NCBI GenBank assembly: GCA_963813715.1 | Contig: CAWFAK010000016.1 | Location: 288,001 to 352,000, forward strand | Origin: an uncultured Planctomycetaceae bacterium | GTDB lineage: Bacteria; Planctomycetota; Planctomycetia; Planctomycetales; Planctomycetaceae | Length of the DNA stretch: 64,000 nucleotides | Reading direction: 5' to 3' | Part shown: in pieces, positions 54,065 to 64,000 of the stretch | Layout of the letters: each line of letters opens with the position of its first letter | Position numbering within the stretch: position 1 is the first letter of the stretch | Translations under genes and position numbers: made by a program | The notes under the pieces: generated by a model | The model's database searches: none | What the model saw: only the letters and a program-made list of their open reading frames with translations | Told to the model about the DNA's origin: nothing

Positions 54065-54604
54065 TCAGGCGGCGTCGAATTCCGAGATGCGGTTCGACGG
54101 CGAGAAGGGGAGCAGCCATTCTTCTTGGACGCCGGTGAGGCGGTACTGCATCACGTAGGCGTCTTCGTACGTGTCGTCGTAATGGCTGCGAAGCACGCAG
54201 ACCGCGCGGAAATTCTGGCTGCGGAAGAAGAACTGCGCGTCCAGGTTGGTCTCGCGGACCTCGATCATGATTTCGCTGCGGCGTTGCTGCGACAGCTTGT
54301 CGACCAGCCGGCGAATCATTTGCGAGCCGACGCCTTGACGCCGCATGTCGGGCGTGGTGGCGAAATTCAGAACGCGGAGCTTCGACTTGTGCAACTCGTA
54401 AATCATGAAGCCGATGATCCGGTGTTCGTACTCGGCCACCATGCCGATGCAGTTTCGCTGGCGGAGGCAGCAGAGAAAGTCTTCTTCGGTCCAGGGATGA
54501 TCGAAGGAGGCGCGCTCGATGGTCAGCACATCGTGCATGTCGCGCCGAATGAGCCAGCGGATCTGGATCTTGAGTTCTTGGGCGGAAACTTTTTTCTGGC
54601 TCAC
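54065..54604 (-). CDS. rimI: RimI-like N-acetyltransferase
   Basis: IRWLIRRDM, IERASF.HPW, RRQGVG, EVRETNLDAQ, YY-like HYDDTYEDAYVM. Confidence 0.85.
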   Translation of the reverse strand: MSQKKVSAQELKIQIRWLIRRDMHDVLTIERASFDHPWTEEDFLCCLRQRNCIGMVAEYEHRIIGFMIYELHKSKLRVLNFATTPDMRRQGVGSQMIRRLVDKLSQQRRSEIMIEVRETNLDAQFFFRSQNFRAVCVLRSHYDDTYEDAYVMQYRLTGVQEEWLLPFSPSNRISEFDAA

Positions 54605-55025
54605 GGAAGGCCTCCTTGCCATCTCGTTCCTGCGCTTCTCATCGTGAAAGCGGGCGATTCCCTGCCAATCAGGAAGACGCGCGGAGGATAACAAAGGCCG
54701 CAGCCGTCGGGAAGGGAACTCTCTTTCTTTATCGACCGCTCGACGCCAGTCGCCGCAAACCGCTTTCGTTCTGCGGTAAAACGTTGTGGGAGCCACCGGT
54801 CGTCGAACAATTTGCGCCGGTCGCGGGGAGATCATCGAGAAGGACGGCCGCGGCAAGAGTCGAGCCCCGAACCGCGATGGGTGGCAGCCGCGTTTGCGGC
54901 GCCAGCAGCCGACGCGGCGCGAGACCGGCTCCTCGATCGGCGCAATTGACGCATTCACTCAACCGCGAAAACGCCCGGGCCACGCAGCGATTCGGACGTC
55001 TTTTGCGAAATTCCAACCTTTGCAC

Positions 55026-55053
55026 TTGCCATCGAGTTAAACGTATGTATAGT
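55026..55053 (+). promoter_or_regulatory. Putative sigma70 promoter facing csrA
   Basis: TTGCCA-N16-TATAGT in an AT-rich patch. Confidence 0.45.
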
Positions 55054-55266
55054 ACTGCTCGCGCGTTTATACCTCGCGTTTAAACCGCGACCCGAGGTCC
55101 CCGATTTTCACAGAATCTACCCCGTTTATTAGGCGATGACCGTCACCCTGAACCGCCAGGAAATTGGCAAAGGGAGTGACATCCACGGCACGGCGGCTCG
55201 GCATCGTTCATCGCAATTCGCGCAGCCCAAAATCAGACGCGAACGAATCGCAAAGGAGACTGTGGC

Positions 55267-55459
55267 ATGCTCGTCCTCACCCGCAAGATCGGCGAAGAAA
55301 TCATCATCAACGACGAGATTCTGCGTTTCTGTTGTCAGACTCCGTGGCAACCGCGTGCAGATCGGCATCAAGGCCCCGTCCGGCGTGCCCATCCGCCGCC
55401 GCGAGCTGATCGAGCCGAAGAGCGCCCGCGTCGAGCGCACGCCCGTCGTCTGCCAGTAG
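55267..55459 (+). CDS. csrA: Carbon storage regulator, apparent frameshift ~55322
   Basis: MLVLTRKIGEEIIIND + VSVVRLRGNRVQIGIKAPSGVPIRRREL; AAGGAG RBS. Confidence 0.9.
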
Positions 55460-55464
55460 AGATC

Positions 55465-55558
55465 GGTCCAAGGCTCAAAGTCCAAGGTCCAAGGTCGTGC
55501 GGACCATTGGTCGCCCCACTGCTGGTGACTTTGGACTTTAGACCTTGGACTTTGGACC
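55465..55558. repeat. Inverted arms built from tandem heptamers (RGTCCAA)n...(TTGGACY)n
   Basis: GGTCCAA GGCTCAA AGTCCAA GGTCCAA GGTC ... GACT TTGGACT TTAGACC TTGGACT TTGGACC. Confidence 0.85.
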
Positions 55559-55723
55559 CGAATTCGGTCGCGGATCTCACGCGTTGTTCGCGCTTTTGCG
55601 CTCTGCTAAGATCAAAATTGTCCGTAGACGCGAATCAATTCGTCGCATCGGTGTAAGACATGTCGTCGCCGAACACGAATTTGAACTTCCGTCGGGAGAT
55701 CCGTCCGCAAGGAAGGTTCCGCA

Positions 55724-56471
55724 GTGTCCGCGATTTCACCCAGCCTACAACCGAATTGGCGCGATTCGCCGCAGTTGGACGTGCGGCTGCTGGGGACGGT
55801 CGACTTTGAGTCGGCCCAGTTTCTGCTCGAACGCAGCGTTTACGAAATCAGCGGGCGCAGCGATCGCTTCGGCAGCCTGTTTCTGTGCGAGCACCCGCCC
55901 CTGATCACGGTGGGCCGCGCGGGCAGCCGGGCCCACGTCCTCTTGGAACAAAAAGAGCTGTCCGCGCGGGGCTTGCAGGTCCGCTGGCTCAATCGGGGCG
56001 GCGGTTGCCTGGTTCACGCTCCGGGACAGCTGGCCGTCTATCCGGTCGTGCCGCTCCAGCGGCTCGGCTTGGGACTTGGCGACTATCGGACCGCGCTCGT
56101 GGGCAGCGTCCTCGATCTGTGTGGAGAGCTGGGGATCGCGGCCGCGCCGCTCGAGGGGAATCCCAGCGTCGTGGCGGGCCGCGGCGGCGCAGTTCGCCTT
56201 CGTCGGGGCGGCCGTCAAACGCTGGGTCGCCTACCAGGGACTGTTCGTCAACGTGCATCCGTTGCTGCACATGCAACGTCTCGTTTCCCTCGGTGGCGAC
56301 CTGCGACCGACGTCGCTGCAGGCTTTGCGAGGCCGGGCGATTTCCATGTCGGCCGTTCGCGAGAGCCTGATCCGCAACTTGGCCCACCGCCTGGGATATG
56401 CGGAATACCAGATTTTCACCGGACACCCGCTGCTCGTTCGCACGCGGAGGGTGACCAATGTCTACGCTTGA
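55724..56471 (+). CDS. lipB: LipB-like octanoyltransferase homologue lacking catalytic residues, apparent frameshift ~56188
   Basis: CEHPPLITVGR, NRGGG..HAPGQLAVYP; overlaps lipA start. Confidence 0.8.
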
Positions 56472-57349
56472 AATCCTGCACGACGTGCCGCCGGCTCCCA
56501 GGCGCCGTCTGCCGCCCTGGCTGAAGCGGCCGCTCCCCGCGCCCGGCATGTACTTCACGAGCAACGTCATCGAGGATTTGCGGCTCGAGACCGTCTGCGA
56601 AAGCGCGAAGTGTCCGAACCGCACCGAGTGCTGGTCGCAGCGCACGGCCACGTTCATGATCCTGGGGAACGTCTGCACGCGTCCCTGCGGCTTTTGCTCG
56701 GTCCCCAAGGGCAAGACCGAAGTCGTGCAGATCGACGAGCCGAGCCGCGTGGCCGAGGCCGTCGTCCGGCTCGGTCTCAAGCACGTGGTGATCACGTCCG
56801 TCACGCGGGACGACCTGGCCGACGGCGGGGCCGACCACTTTTATCGCTGCGTGCTGGCCGTGCGGGAGCGCTGCGAAGCCGCGGTCGAAGTGCTGACTCC
56901 GGACTTTCTGGGCAACGTCGCCGCGATTGACCGCGTGATCGAGGCCCGGCCCGACGTGTTCAATCACAACACGGAGACGGTGCCCCGTCTCTATCACCGC
57001 GTCCGCCGCAACGCCGCCTACCAGCGGACGCTCGACCTGTTGGCTCGGGTGAAAGATCGAGCGCCCGAGATTCCTACCAAAAGCGGCCTGATGCTCGGCC
57101 TGGGGGAGACGATCGAAGAAATCCTGGCCGTTCTGCGCCGACCTCAAATCGGTCGGCTGCGGGATGATCACCATCGGCCAGTACCTGCAGCCAACGCCGC
57201 AGCATTTGCCCGTCGAACGTTACGTTCCGCCCGAGGAGTTCGACGCGATCGGCGACCAGGTGCGCAAGCTCGGTTTCAAGCTGGTCGCCAGCGGCCCCTT
57301 CGTCCGCTCGAGCTACCACGCCGGCGAAATGGCGACGGCGCTCGCTTGA
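56458..57349 (+). CDS. lipA: Lipoyl synthase, apparent frameshift ~57133
   Basis: [58 protein letters not shown]. Confidence 0.95.
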
Positions 57350-57453
57350 TTGCGGCACGCGATTCACCGGATCGCGGCCAACGCTCGATCACTGCCGGGC
57401 CCCCGGCGAAATCTCGCTGCGGTACTCCCAGACTCCCCACCGGAGATGACCCG

Positions 57454-58984
57454 ATGAGACCCGGCCGACACACCCGTGCGCCCCTCCGCCTGAGTTTTTC
57501 GTTTCTCTTCTTCGTCCTCTTTCTTTTTGCGCCAGTGTGCGTGACCCGCGCCGCCGATTTCTCGGTCGACGAACTGGATGCCTTTATCAAGCAAGGTCTG
57601 AAGGAGTATGGCGTCCCCGGTTGCGCAGTGGCGCTCATCAAGGACGACAAAGTTGTACTCGTGCGCGGGTACGGCGTGCGGCGTTCCGGCCGGGATGAAC
57701 TCGTGGACGAAAACACGCTGTTCATGATCGCGTCCAACACCAAGCCGTTCACCGCGGCGGTTCTCGCCACACTGGTGGACGAGGGGAAGTTAGGCTGGGA
57801 CGACCATGTGATCGATCGCTTGCCCGAGTTCGTGCTGCCCGATCCTTACCCGACGCGCGAGGCCACGATTCGCGATCTCCTCGCGCACCGCACGGGACTG
57901 CCGCCCTTCGCGGGAGACAATCTCGAGCGGCTTGGCTTCGATCGGCCGGAAATCCTGCGGCGAATTCGTTACCTCAAGTCGACGCATAGTTTTCGGGAGA
58001 AAGCCGGCTACTCGAACCCGGGTTACTTGGCGGCGGGCCTCGTCGCGGCACGTGTGGGGAACGCGAGTTGGGAAGATCTAGTGAAAACGCGGCTCTTCCA
58101 GCCGCTGGGGATGACTCACTCGGGCGTTTCGGTCAAAGACCGGGATCAATCGAACAACGTGGCCGAGGCCCATTTTGCCAAGCCGGATGGCGAACTTTAT
58201 GTCGTCCCCTGGAACAATCACGATCCGATGGGGCCAGCGGGCAGCATCACCTCGACCTCGGCCGACATGGCTCAATGGGTCCGCATGCAGCTCGGCGACG
58301 GACGTCTCGACGGCAAGCAGGTGATTTCGGCGAAGTCGATTCGCGAAATGCACACACCGGCGATGGTGGAGACACCAACCTTTGCCGAGCTGGCGCCGAT
58401 CGATCAGCACTCCGGTTTCAGCTACGGCCTGGGCTGGGGCATTTTTTACTACCAGGGCAGCCAGATCGTGGAAAAGGGGGGCGCCAGGCGGGCATGCGAT
58501 CGGTCGTCACCTTGGTGCCCGGGAAGAAGGCCGGCATCGTGGTGCTGGCGAATATGAATTTGACCGTGCTCCCCGAAGCGATCCGCGCAAGTTCCTGGAA
58601 ATGGTCGTGGCACCCGCCGGTCGCGACTTGCAGGGCGAGATTCGGCAGGCTCAAGCCGCGATCAAGAAGTCATTCTCCACGTCTCCACCCGCTAAGGCGA
58701 AGGGCGGGCCGGCCAGCCTGCCCCTCGCCCGCTATGCCGGCGTCTACTCGAATGATCTGTGCGGTCCGATGACCATCCAACTGGTGAAAGACGGCCTCCG
58801 CTGGGAAGCGGGTCCCGAACACTTCGGCGGCCCGCTCGAGCACGTCGGTTACGACACGTTCTCCCTCCGCTACCCGTCCGGCCACCTCGCGCTGCCGGAT
58901 GACGTGACGTTCGTGATCGACGCCGGCGGCCGTCCCCACACGTTAATCACCGAAAGCTACGGGACGCTTCAGCGCGCACCCTGA
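57454..58984 (+). CDS. Serine hydrolase (beta-lactamase family) with C-terminal DUF3471-like domain, apparent frameshifts ~58480 and ~58590
   Basis: SNTK (SxxK), [26 protein letters not shown]. Confidence 0.88.
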
Positions 58985-59002
58985 ACCGCCGCGACGAGGC
59001 TC

Positions 59003-59928
59003 TCACGAGGCGACTTGCAGCACGATTTTGCCGCGCGCGTGGCCTGCGATGATTTCCGTCCAGGCATCGCGGACCTTCGACAGCGGATAGGTCTTGGTGA
59101 CGCCGGTTTTCAGCTTGCCCGAGTCGAGTAGCTCGGCCAGCTGCTGCAAATTCGCGGTGTTGGCTTTCATTTGCATCATCGCGGCCTGCACCTTGTGCTT
59201 CGTTGCTTCCTCGGGGGAGGGCGGCTGTGCGGTGGCAATCAGGCGGCCGCCCGACTTGAGGACGCCGAACGAGCGACGTTGCGTGTCGCCGCCAATTAAG
59301 TCGAGCACCAGGTCGATGTTCTTGACGACCGACTCGAAGGGCGTGGCCTTGTAGTCGATCACCTGGTCGGCGCCGAGCGAGCGCAGATACTCGGTGCTCG
59401 ACGCCGAGCCGGTCGCCAGAACTTTCGCCCCCTTCAAATGGGCCAGTTGCACGGCAAACGAGCCGACGCCGCCCGCCGCTCCATGAATCAACACCGTCTC
59501 GCCGCGCGCCAGGTGACCATTATCGAACAGCCCCTGCCAGGCCGTCTGCGCGGCCAGCGGCACCGAGGCTGCCTCGACATCACTCAGCTTCTGTGGTTTG
59601 GCCGCCACCATGCCAACCGGAGCGGCGTAAAGTTCCGCGTAGGCTCCGCCGCCCGACGCGTCTCCGTAAACCGCGTCGCCTTTCTTCAAGCCGGTGACGC
59701 CGGGGCCCACTTCGGCGACGACGCCCGAAAAGTCTCCTCCCGGAATCCAGGGGAAATTGATCGGCATGATCTGACGCATGTTTCCGGAAGCCAGCTTGAA
59801 ATCGATCGGGTTGACCGATGCGGCATGAATTCGCACCAGCACCTTGCCGCTGTCGGCTTTCGGATCGGCGCCTCTTCCTCGCGCAACTGTTCGGGACCGC
59901 CATACGCGTGAACGCGAATCGCCTTCAT
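59003..59928 (-). CDS. NADP-dependent MDR-family (quinone) oxidoreductase, apparent frameshift ~59870
   Basis: MKAIRVHAYGGPE, ASVNPID, GAAGGVG, ARGKIVL. Confidence 0.9.
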
Positions 59929-60164
59929 GATTGCTTCCTCCCTTTGCGCTGCCCGTAAGAATGAAACTTGGACGCACGGCTCAACGGATGGTCAGCAACA
60001 TCTCGTCTGACGGTGACATTCTACGTCGCGCGGCCCCTTGCCGAACATGGCCCGGGTGTCGACGCGGGGCGCAGACGCCTCGCGGTGCTTGTTCGCGGGT
60101 CCTGCGCGTCTAGAATCGCGCGGAGTCCCTCCCGCTTTGCACGCCTGATAAAGCACGCCCTCGC

Positions 60165-61565
60165 ATGTCGAATGTTGCGAACATCGGCCGCCTATCGCGC
60201 CGCGAATTGATTGAAGTCGGCTGTTCGACGGCGCTCGGCCTGGGACTCTCGACGCTGATCGGCGGGCGGGCTCGCGCGGCAAGTGTCACGCCGCCGCGGG
60301 CGAAGTCGGTGCTGTTTCTCTTCCTGTTCGGCGGTCCCAGTCATCTCGACACGTTCGACCCCAAGCCCGAAGCGCCGGACGAGTGCCGCGGCGAGTTTCG
60401 GCCGATCGACACCTCGGTCCCCGGCGTGCAGATCTGCGAGCACCTGCCGCAACTGGCCCAGCGAATGCACCACTGGGCGCTGGTCCGCTCGATGTCGTGC
60501 AGTTCGAGTTTTGGCGATCATCGGTTCGCTGTGCAGGGAATGCTGGGAGGCGTCGACGAGCTGCCGCCCGGCGCGGGGCTCGCCGCCTCGCGGCACGATT
60601 GGCCCTCGTGGTGCGCGAGCGTCGAGTATTTCCGCCGATCGGGTCACGGCATGCCCGCGAGCGTGGTGCTGCCGGGCGAAATTCTCGATCCGGGCACCGG
60701 GTTGTATCCCGCGCAAAATGCGGGACTCTTGGGGGCGAAGTTCGATCCGTTCCAGGTTCGCAGCAATCCGGCCGACCAGAACTATCGCGTCGACGAGAGC
60801 CTGCGGATGCCCGCGGGCCTCTCGATCGACCGCCTGGCCTCCAAACGCGACTTGTTAGTCGCGCTCGACCGGCAGCGTTTTCAACTCGACGCCTCCTTCA
60901 AAACGCGGAACTACGATCACGACCGCCAGGAAGCCTTCCACTTGCTGACCAACGGCCGCTTGGCGCGGGCGCTAGCCGTCGAGGATGAGCCGGCCGCCGT
61001 CCGCGAACGTTACGGCCGCAATGTGTATGGCCAGTCGATGCTCATGGCCCGGCGGTTAATCGCCGCCGGCATTCCCATCGTGCAGGCGAACATCACCAAT
61101 CATGCCTTTTGGGACACGCACTACAACAATTTCCCCAGCCTGCGGAACCAGCTCTTGCCGCAGTTCGACCGCGCGGTCGCCGCCTTGATGGATGATCTCG
61201 ATACGAGTGGCCTGCTCCAGGAAACGTTGGTGGTGATGATGGGCGAGTTCGGCCGGACGCCCAAGCTCGTCAAGCCAGACGGGTTGATCCCCCATTTCAA
61301 GAGTGCCGGACGCGACCACTGGATGGATTGTTTCTTCGGCCTCTTTGCCGGGGCCGGCGTCCGCGGCGGACAAGTCATCGGCCGCTCCGACGCGATCGGC
61401 GCCCATCCAATGACGCAGGCCTATCACCACTCCGACGTCGCGGCGACCGTCTACACGGCGCTTGGCATCGATCCCGCGTCGCAATTCGTCGACATTCAGG
61501 GGCGAACGCATCGGCTCAACAACGGCAACGTTATCGAACCGCTCTATACCGGTCGCGACGCTTGA
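60165..61565 (+). CDS. DUF1501-domain protein
   Basis: SRREL, GGPSHLDTFDPKP, WDTH, GEFGRTP, GRDHW. Confidence 0.92.
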   Translation: MSNVANIGRLSRRELIEVGCSTALGLGLSTLIGGRARAASVTPPRAKSVLFLFLFGGPSHLDTFDPKPEAPDECRGEFRPIDTSVPGVQICEHLPQLAQRMHHWALVRSMSCSSSFGDHRFAVQGMLGGVDELPPGAGLAASRHDWPSWCASVEYFRRSGHGMPASVVLPGEILDPGTGLYPAQNAGLLGAKFDPFQVRSNPADQNYRVDESLRMPAGLSIDRLASKRDLLVALDRQRFQLDASFKTRNYDHDRQEAFHLLTNGRLARALAVEDEPAAVRERYGRNVYGQSMLMARRLIAAGIPIVQANITNHAFWDTHYNNFPSLRNQLLPQFDRAVAALMDDLDTSGLLQETLVVMMGEFGRTPKLVKPDGLIPHFKSAGRDHWMDCFFGLFAGAGVRGGQVIGRSDAIGAHPMTQAYHHSDVAATVYTALGIDPASQFVDIQGRTHRLNNGNVIEPLYTGRDA

Positions 61566-61635
61566 GTCGCTCACTCGAAGCTTGCACTCGCCCGATGCTC
61601 TGGGCGGGCGTCGCTTGGCCAAACGGTCGTCCCCC

Positions 61636-61887
61636 ATGCGAACTCCCCTCACTCTTCCCGATCTCGGCGTGGGCGACGAGGAGCTGCGCGTCAGTTGCTG
61701 GCTCGTCGACTTGGGTGATGCCGTCGACGAAGGGGACCGCGTGATCGAAATCTTGATGGACGGCATCACGTTCGACGTGCTGGCCGAGCGTTCCGGGACG
61801 TTGACCCGCATCGAGCGGCCGCTCGATGCCGTCGTCCGCACGGGGGACGTGCTCGGCTGGCTCGAGACCGCGGAGGAGTCGACGTGA
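61636..61887 (+). CDS. Stand-alone lipoyl/biotinyl-fold domain lacking the acceptor Lys
   Basis: LPDLG...W.V..GD.V.EGD...EI..DG.TFDV...SGTL..I......V..GDVL; GTGA overlap with holB. Confidence 0.85.
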   Translation: MRTPLTLPDLGVGDEELRVSCWLVDLGDAVDEGDRVIEILMDGITFDVLAERSGTLTRIERPLDAVVRTGDVLGWLETAEEST

Positions 61888-62915
61888 GCTGGGATGCCGT
61901 TCGCGGGCAATCGCGGGCCATCGAATACCTGCGGCAAAGCGCGGCCGCCGGTCGCCTGGCCCACGCGCTGCTCTTTGCCGGGCCGCCGGGCGTCGGCAAG
62001 AACCTGACGGCGCGGCTGTTGGCGACGGCTCTCTTGTGCGAGCGATCGGCAGAAGGCCAGCTCGAGGCGTGCGGCGAGTGTCGCGGGTGCCGGCTGATGG
62101 CCGCGGGCAATCATCCCGACTTTCTCTCGGTCGCCTGTCCGGAAGGCAAGAGCGAGCTGCCAATCGAACTCTTGGTGGGCAGTCTCGACAACCGGGGTCG
62201 CGAGGGGCTGTGCCACGACTTGTCGCTGCGGCCGATGCTCGGCCGGCGCCGCGTGGCCGTCATCGACGATGCCGACCGGATGAGCACGGAAAGCGCGAAC
62301 GCGATTCTCAAAACGCTCGAGGAGCCGCCGCCTTACGCGCTCATCATCCTGATTGCGGCCGACCTGGGACGAATCCTGCCGACGATCCGCTCGCGGTGTC
62401 AGACCATCCGCTTCAACCCACTGCCCGTCGACGACGTGGCCGAACTGGTCCTCACGCTGGGCTGGACCGAAAGTCCGGACGAGGCGCGGGCGGCCGCGGA
62501 GATTTCCGGCGGCAGCCTCACCGTCGCCCAGCAGGTGTTGGATCCGCAGCTGCAGGCGGTCCGCAAAGCGCTCTTCGTCGAGCTCGATAAGAGCCGGCTC
62601 GAACCGTTCACGATCGGCAAAACGCTGCTGGAGGCGCTCGACGGCCTCGGAGGCGACACTCAGCGCCAACGCACCAACGCCCGCTGGATCGTCCGCTTCG
62701 CCGTCGAGTTTCTGCAGACCAAGATCCGCGCGACCTGCGCGGCTTACCCCGCCGAGGTCGAGACGACGGAATCACTCGCGCGGGCCGTCGAGCGATGCGT
62801 TGACGCCGAGGAACAGATCGACGCGAACGCCTCGATTCCGCTCTGCCTCGAGACGCTGGCGGGCGACTTGGCACGGCTCTTAGCCTCGCCCGCGGCGGAG
62901 ACTCGCCGCACCTAG
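61884..62915 (+). CDS. holB: DNA polymerase III delta' subunit
   Basis: HALLFAGPPGVGK, C4 zinc module, HPDF, ANAILKTLEEPP, PTIRSRCQ. Confidence 0.95.
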   Translation: MSWDAVRGQSRAIEYLRQSAAAGRLAHALLFAGPPGVGKNLTARLLATALLCERSAEGQLEACGECRGCRLMAAGNHPDFLSVACPEGKSELPIELLVGSLDNRGREGLCHDLSLRPMLGRRRVAVIDDADRMSTESANAILKTLEEPPPYALIILIAADLGRILPTIRSRCQTIRFNPLPVDDVAELVLTLGWTESPDEARAAAEISGGSLTVAQQVLDPQLQAVRKALFVELDKSRLEPFTIGKTLLEALDGLGGDTQRQRTNARWIVRFAVEFLQTKIRATCAAYPAEVETTESLARAVERCVDAEEQIDANASIPLCLETLAGDLARLLASPAAETRRT

Positions 62916-63819
62916 CGCAGCCGGCGGATGAAGCTCGAGGACAATCCGATCACGATGCCGACCGCCAAGCCGGCCCCGTGCACCACGTTCGCAATGTTGC
63001 CCAACCGACCCGTCATGCACAGGAAAAACCAGCCGATCATGATCACGACCGATTGCGACGAGATCATAAACCCGCTCGTGGGGTCGTACCGGCTCTTCAT
63101 CCAGATGTAGCCGAAGAGGCCGTACAAGACGCCCGACATGCCGCCGAACTGGCGGATGCTCTCGTTCAACAGATGCAGGTCCCAGAGGTATTCCGAGAAG
63201 TTTGAGGGAATCGCGATGGCCAGAACGAGCAATGCGTAACGCAACGATCCGATCGCCCGTTCGACCGGAATGCCCAACTGCCACAGCATGATCATATTGA
63301 ACAGAATGTGCATCATGCCGAAGTGCAGAAAAATCGGCGTCACCAGTCGCCAAGGCTCGCGCAGCCAAAGCAGGGCCGGCAGAATCCCCTGCGGCGTGGC
63401 CACGTAGAGATCGATTGTCAGCCGCGAGACGAACGCCTTGATCAGTGCCGAGGTTGGACAGAACGGCCACGACAACGCTCGCCGCCAACAGTAACGCCGT
63501 GACAGGAGTGCCCGAGACTCCCGGGCGGCGCCAGCGGCGGCCGACATCAACGAGATTTTTCTTCGCCGCGGACGCGCGGCGCTGTTCTTCGGCGCAACTG
63601 CTCGGCCGGGCGGGCCGCTTCGCGGTAGACGGTCGCGTTGGGGTCGGCCGTGAATGCGTTGAACTCGCGACGCGCGTCGTCGAGATGATCTTCGTTGCGG
63701 ACCCAAATGGCCCAGCCGCCGGGCGCAGGGTCGACCGACACGGAGATCCCTTTCGTGAGCAGGAAATCCCCGAATCGCTGTGCCGCGGTCTGGTCCGCCA
63801 CCGTTCCCAACTGCCGCAT
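62912..63819 (-). CDS. Rhomboid protease with N-terminal cytoplasmic domain (GlpG-like), apparent frameshifts
   Basis: WRLVTPIFLHFGMMHILFN, GGMSGVLYG, ANVVHGAG; GGAGG RBS. Confidence 0.88.
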
Positions 63820-63835
63820 CGCCCCTCCGCTCCTC

Positions 63836-64000
63836 TTACCAGTGCAGCTCGACCACGTCTTTATCGGCCAGCGCATGGTCGCGGCCGACGCTTTGGCCGT
63901 CGCGGGCGCTCGTTCCCCACACCTTGGCGAATTTGAGCTGCTCGGCCATCTCCCGATGCACGCGGAGGGCCAAGTCGTCCACCGTGCCGCCCAGCGGAAT
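63836..64000 (-). CDS. C-terminal TGS domain of a DRG/Obg-superfamily GTPase (partial)
   Basis: Own translation: IPLGGTVDDLALRVHREMAEQLKFAKVWGTSARDGQSVGRDHALADKDVVELHW*. Confidence 0.78.
   Translation of the reverse strand: MPLGGTVDDLALRVHREMAEQLKFAKVWGTSARDGQSVGRDHALADKDVVELHW

Noticed and set aside
56458..58557. Apparent LipA-beta-lactamase fusion (699 aa ORF)
   Set aside because: The true LipA C-terminus (TIGQYL...RSSYHA*) is in another frame ending at 57349; the fusion is an indel artefact.

Overview
High-GC bacterial chromosomal segment, very probably from a planctomycete (DUF1501, DUF1559, inverse-autotransporter-like protein, planctomycete-style REP-like palindromes). It is gene-dense, with about 52 CDS. 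I saw no rRNA, tRNA, CRISPR array, integrase or transposase. About 30 small indels split genes, including housekeeping genes (glmS, fabH, lipA, uvrC), so these are almost certainly long-read assembly errors. I joined the split ORFs by eye, and joined boundaries are approximate. Content: YbhGFSR-like efflux operon, uvrC, YhaO/YhaN-like pair, glmS plus a PIN toxin-antitoxin module, ispH, fabH, two redoxins, NagD-like HAD, Ser/Thr kinase plus FHA-cyclase, SGNH/MBOAT acylation pair, aminophosphonate catabolic cluster, ECF sigma operon, large beta-helix surface protein, rimI-like, csrA, lipB/lipA, holB, rhomboid and the end of a DRG-like GTPase. Most notable: (1) an intact LipA next to a LipB lacking its catalytic Cys/Lys, with a nearby lipoyl domain that contains no lysine; (2) a non-coding array of five structured degenerate repeat units at 23.7-24.3 kb; (3) a TA module bracketed by an exact 18-bp duplication of the glmS 3' end, plus other 17-18-bp duplications at gene boundaries; (4) an Mre11/SbcD-like pseudo-nuclease paired with an intact membrane-anchored ATPase; (5) an FHA-class III cyclase with Asp at the base-specificity Lys position, next to a non-RD sensor kinase.
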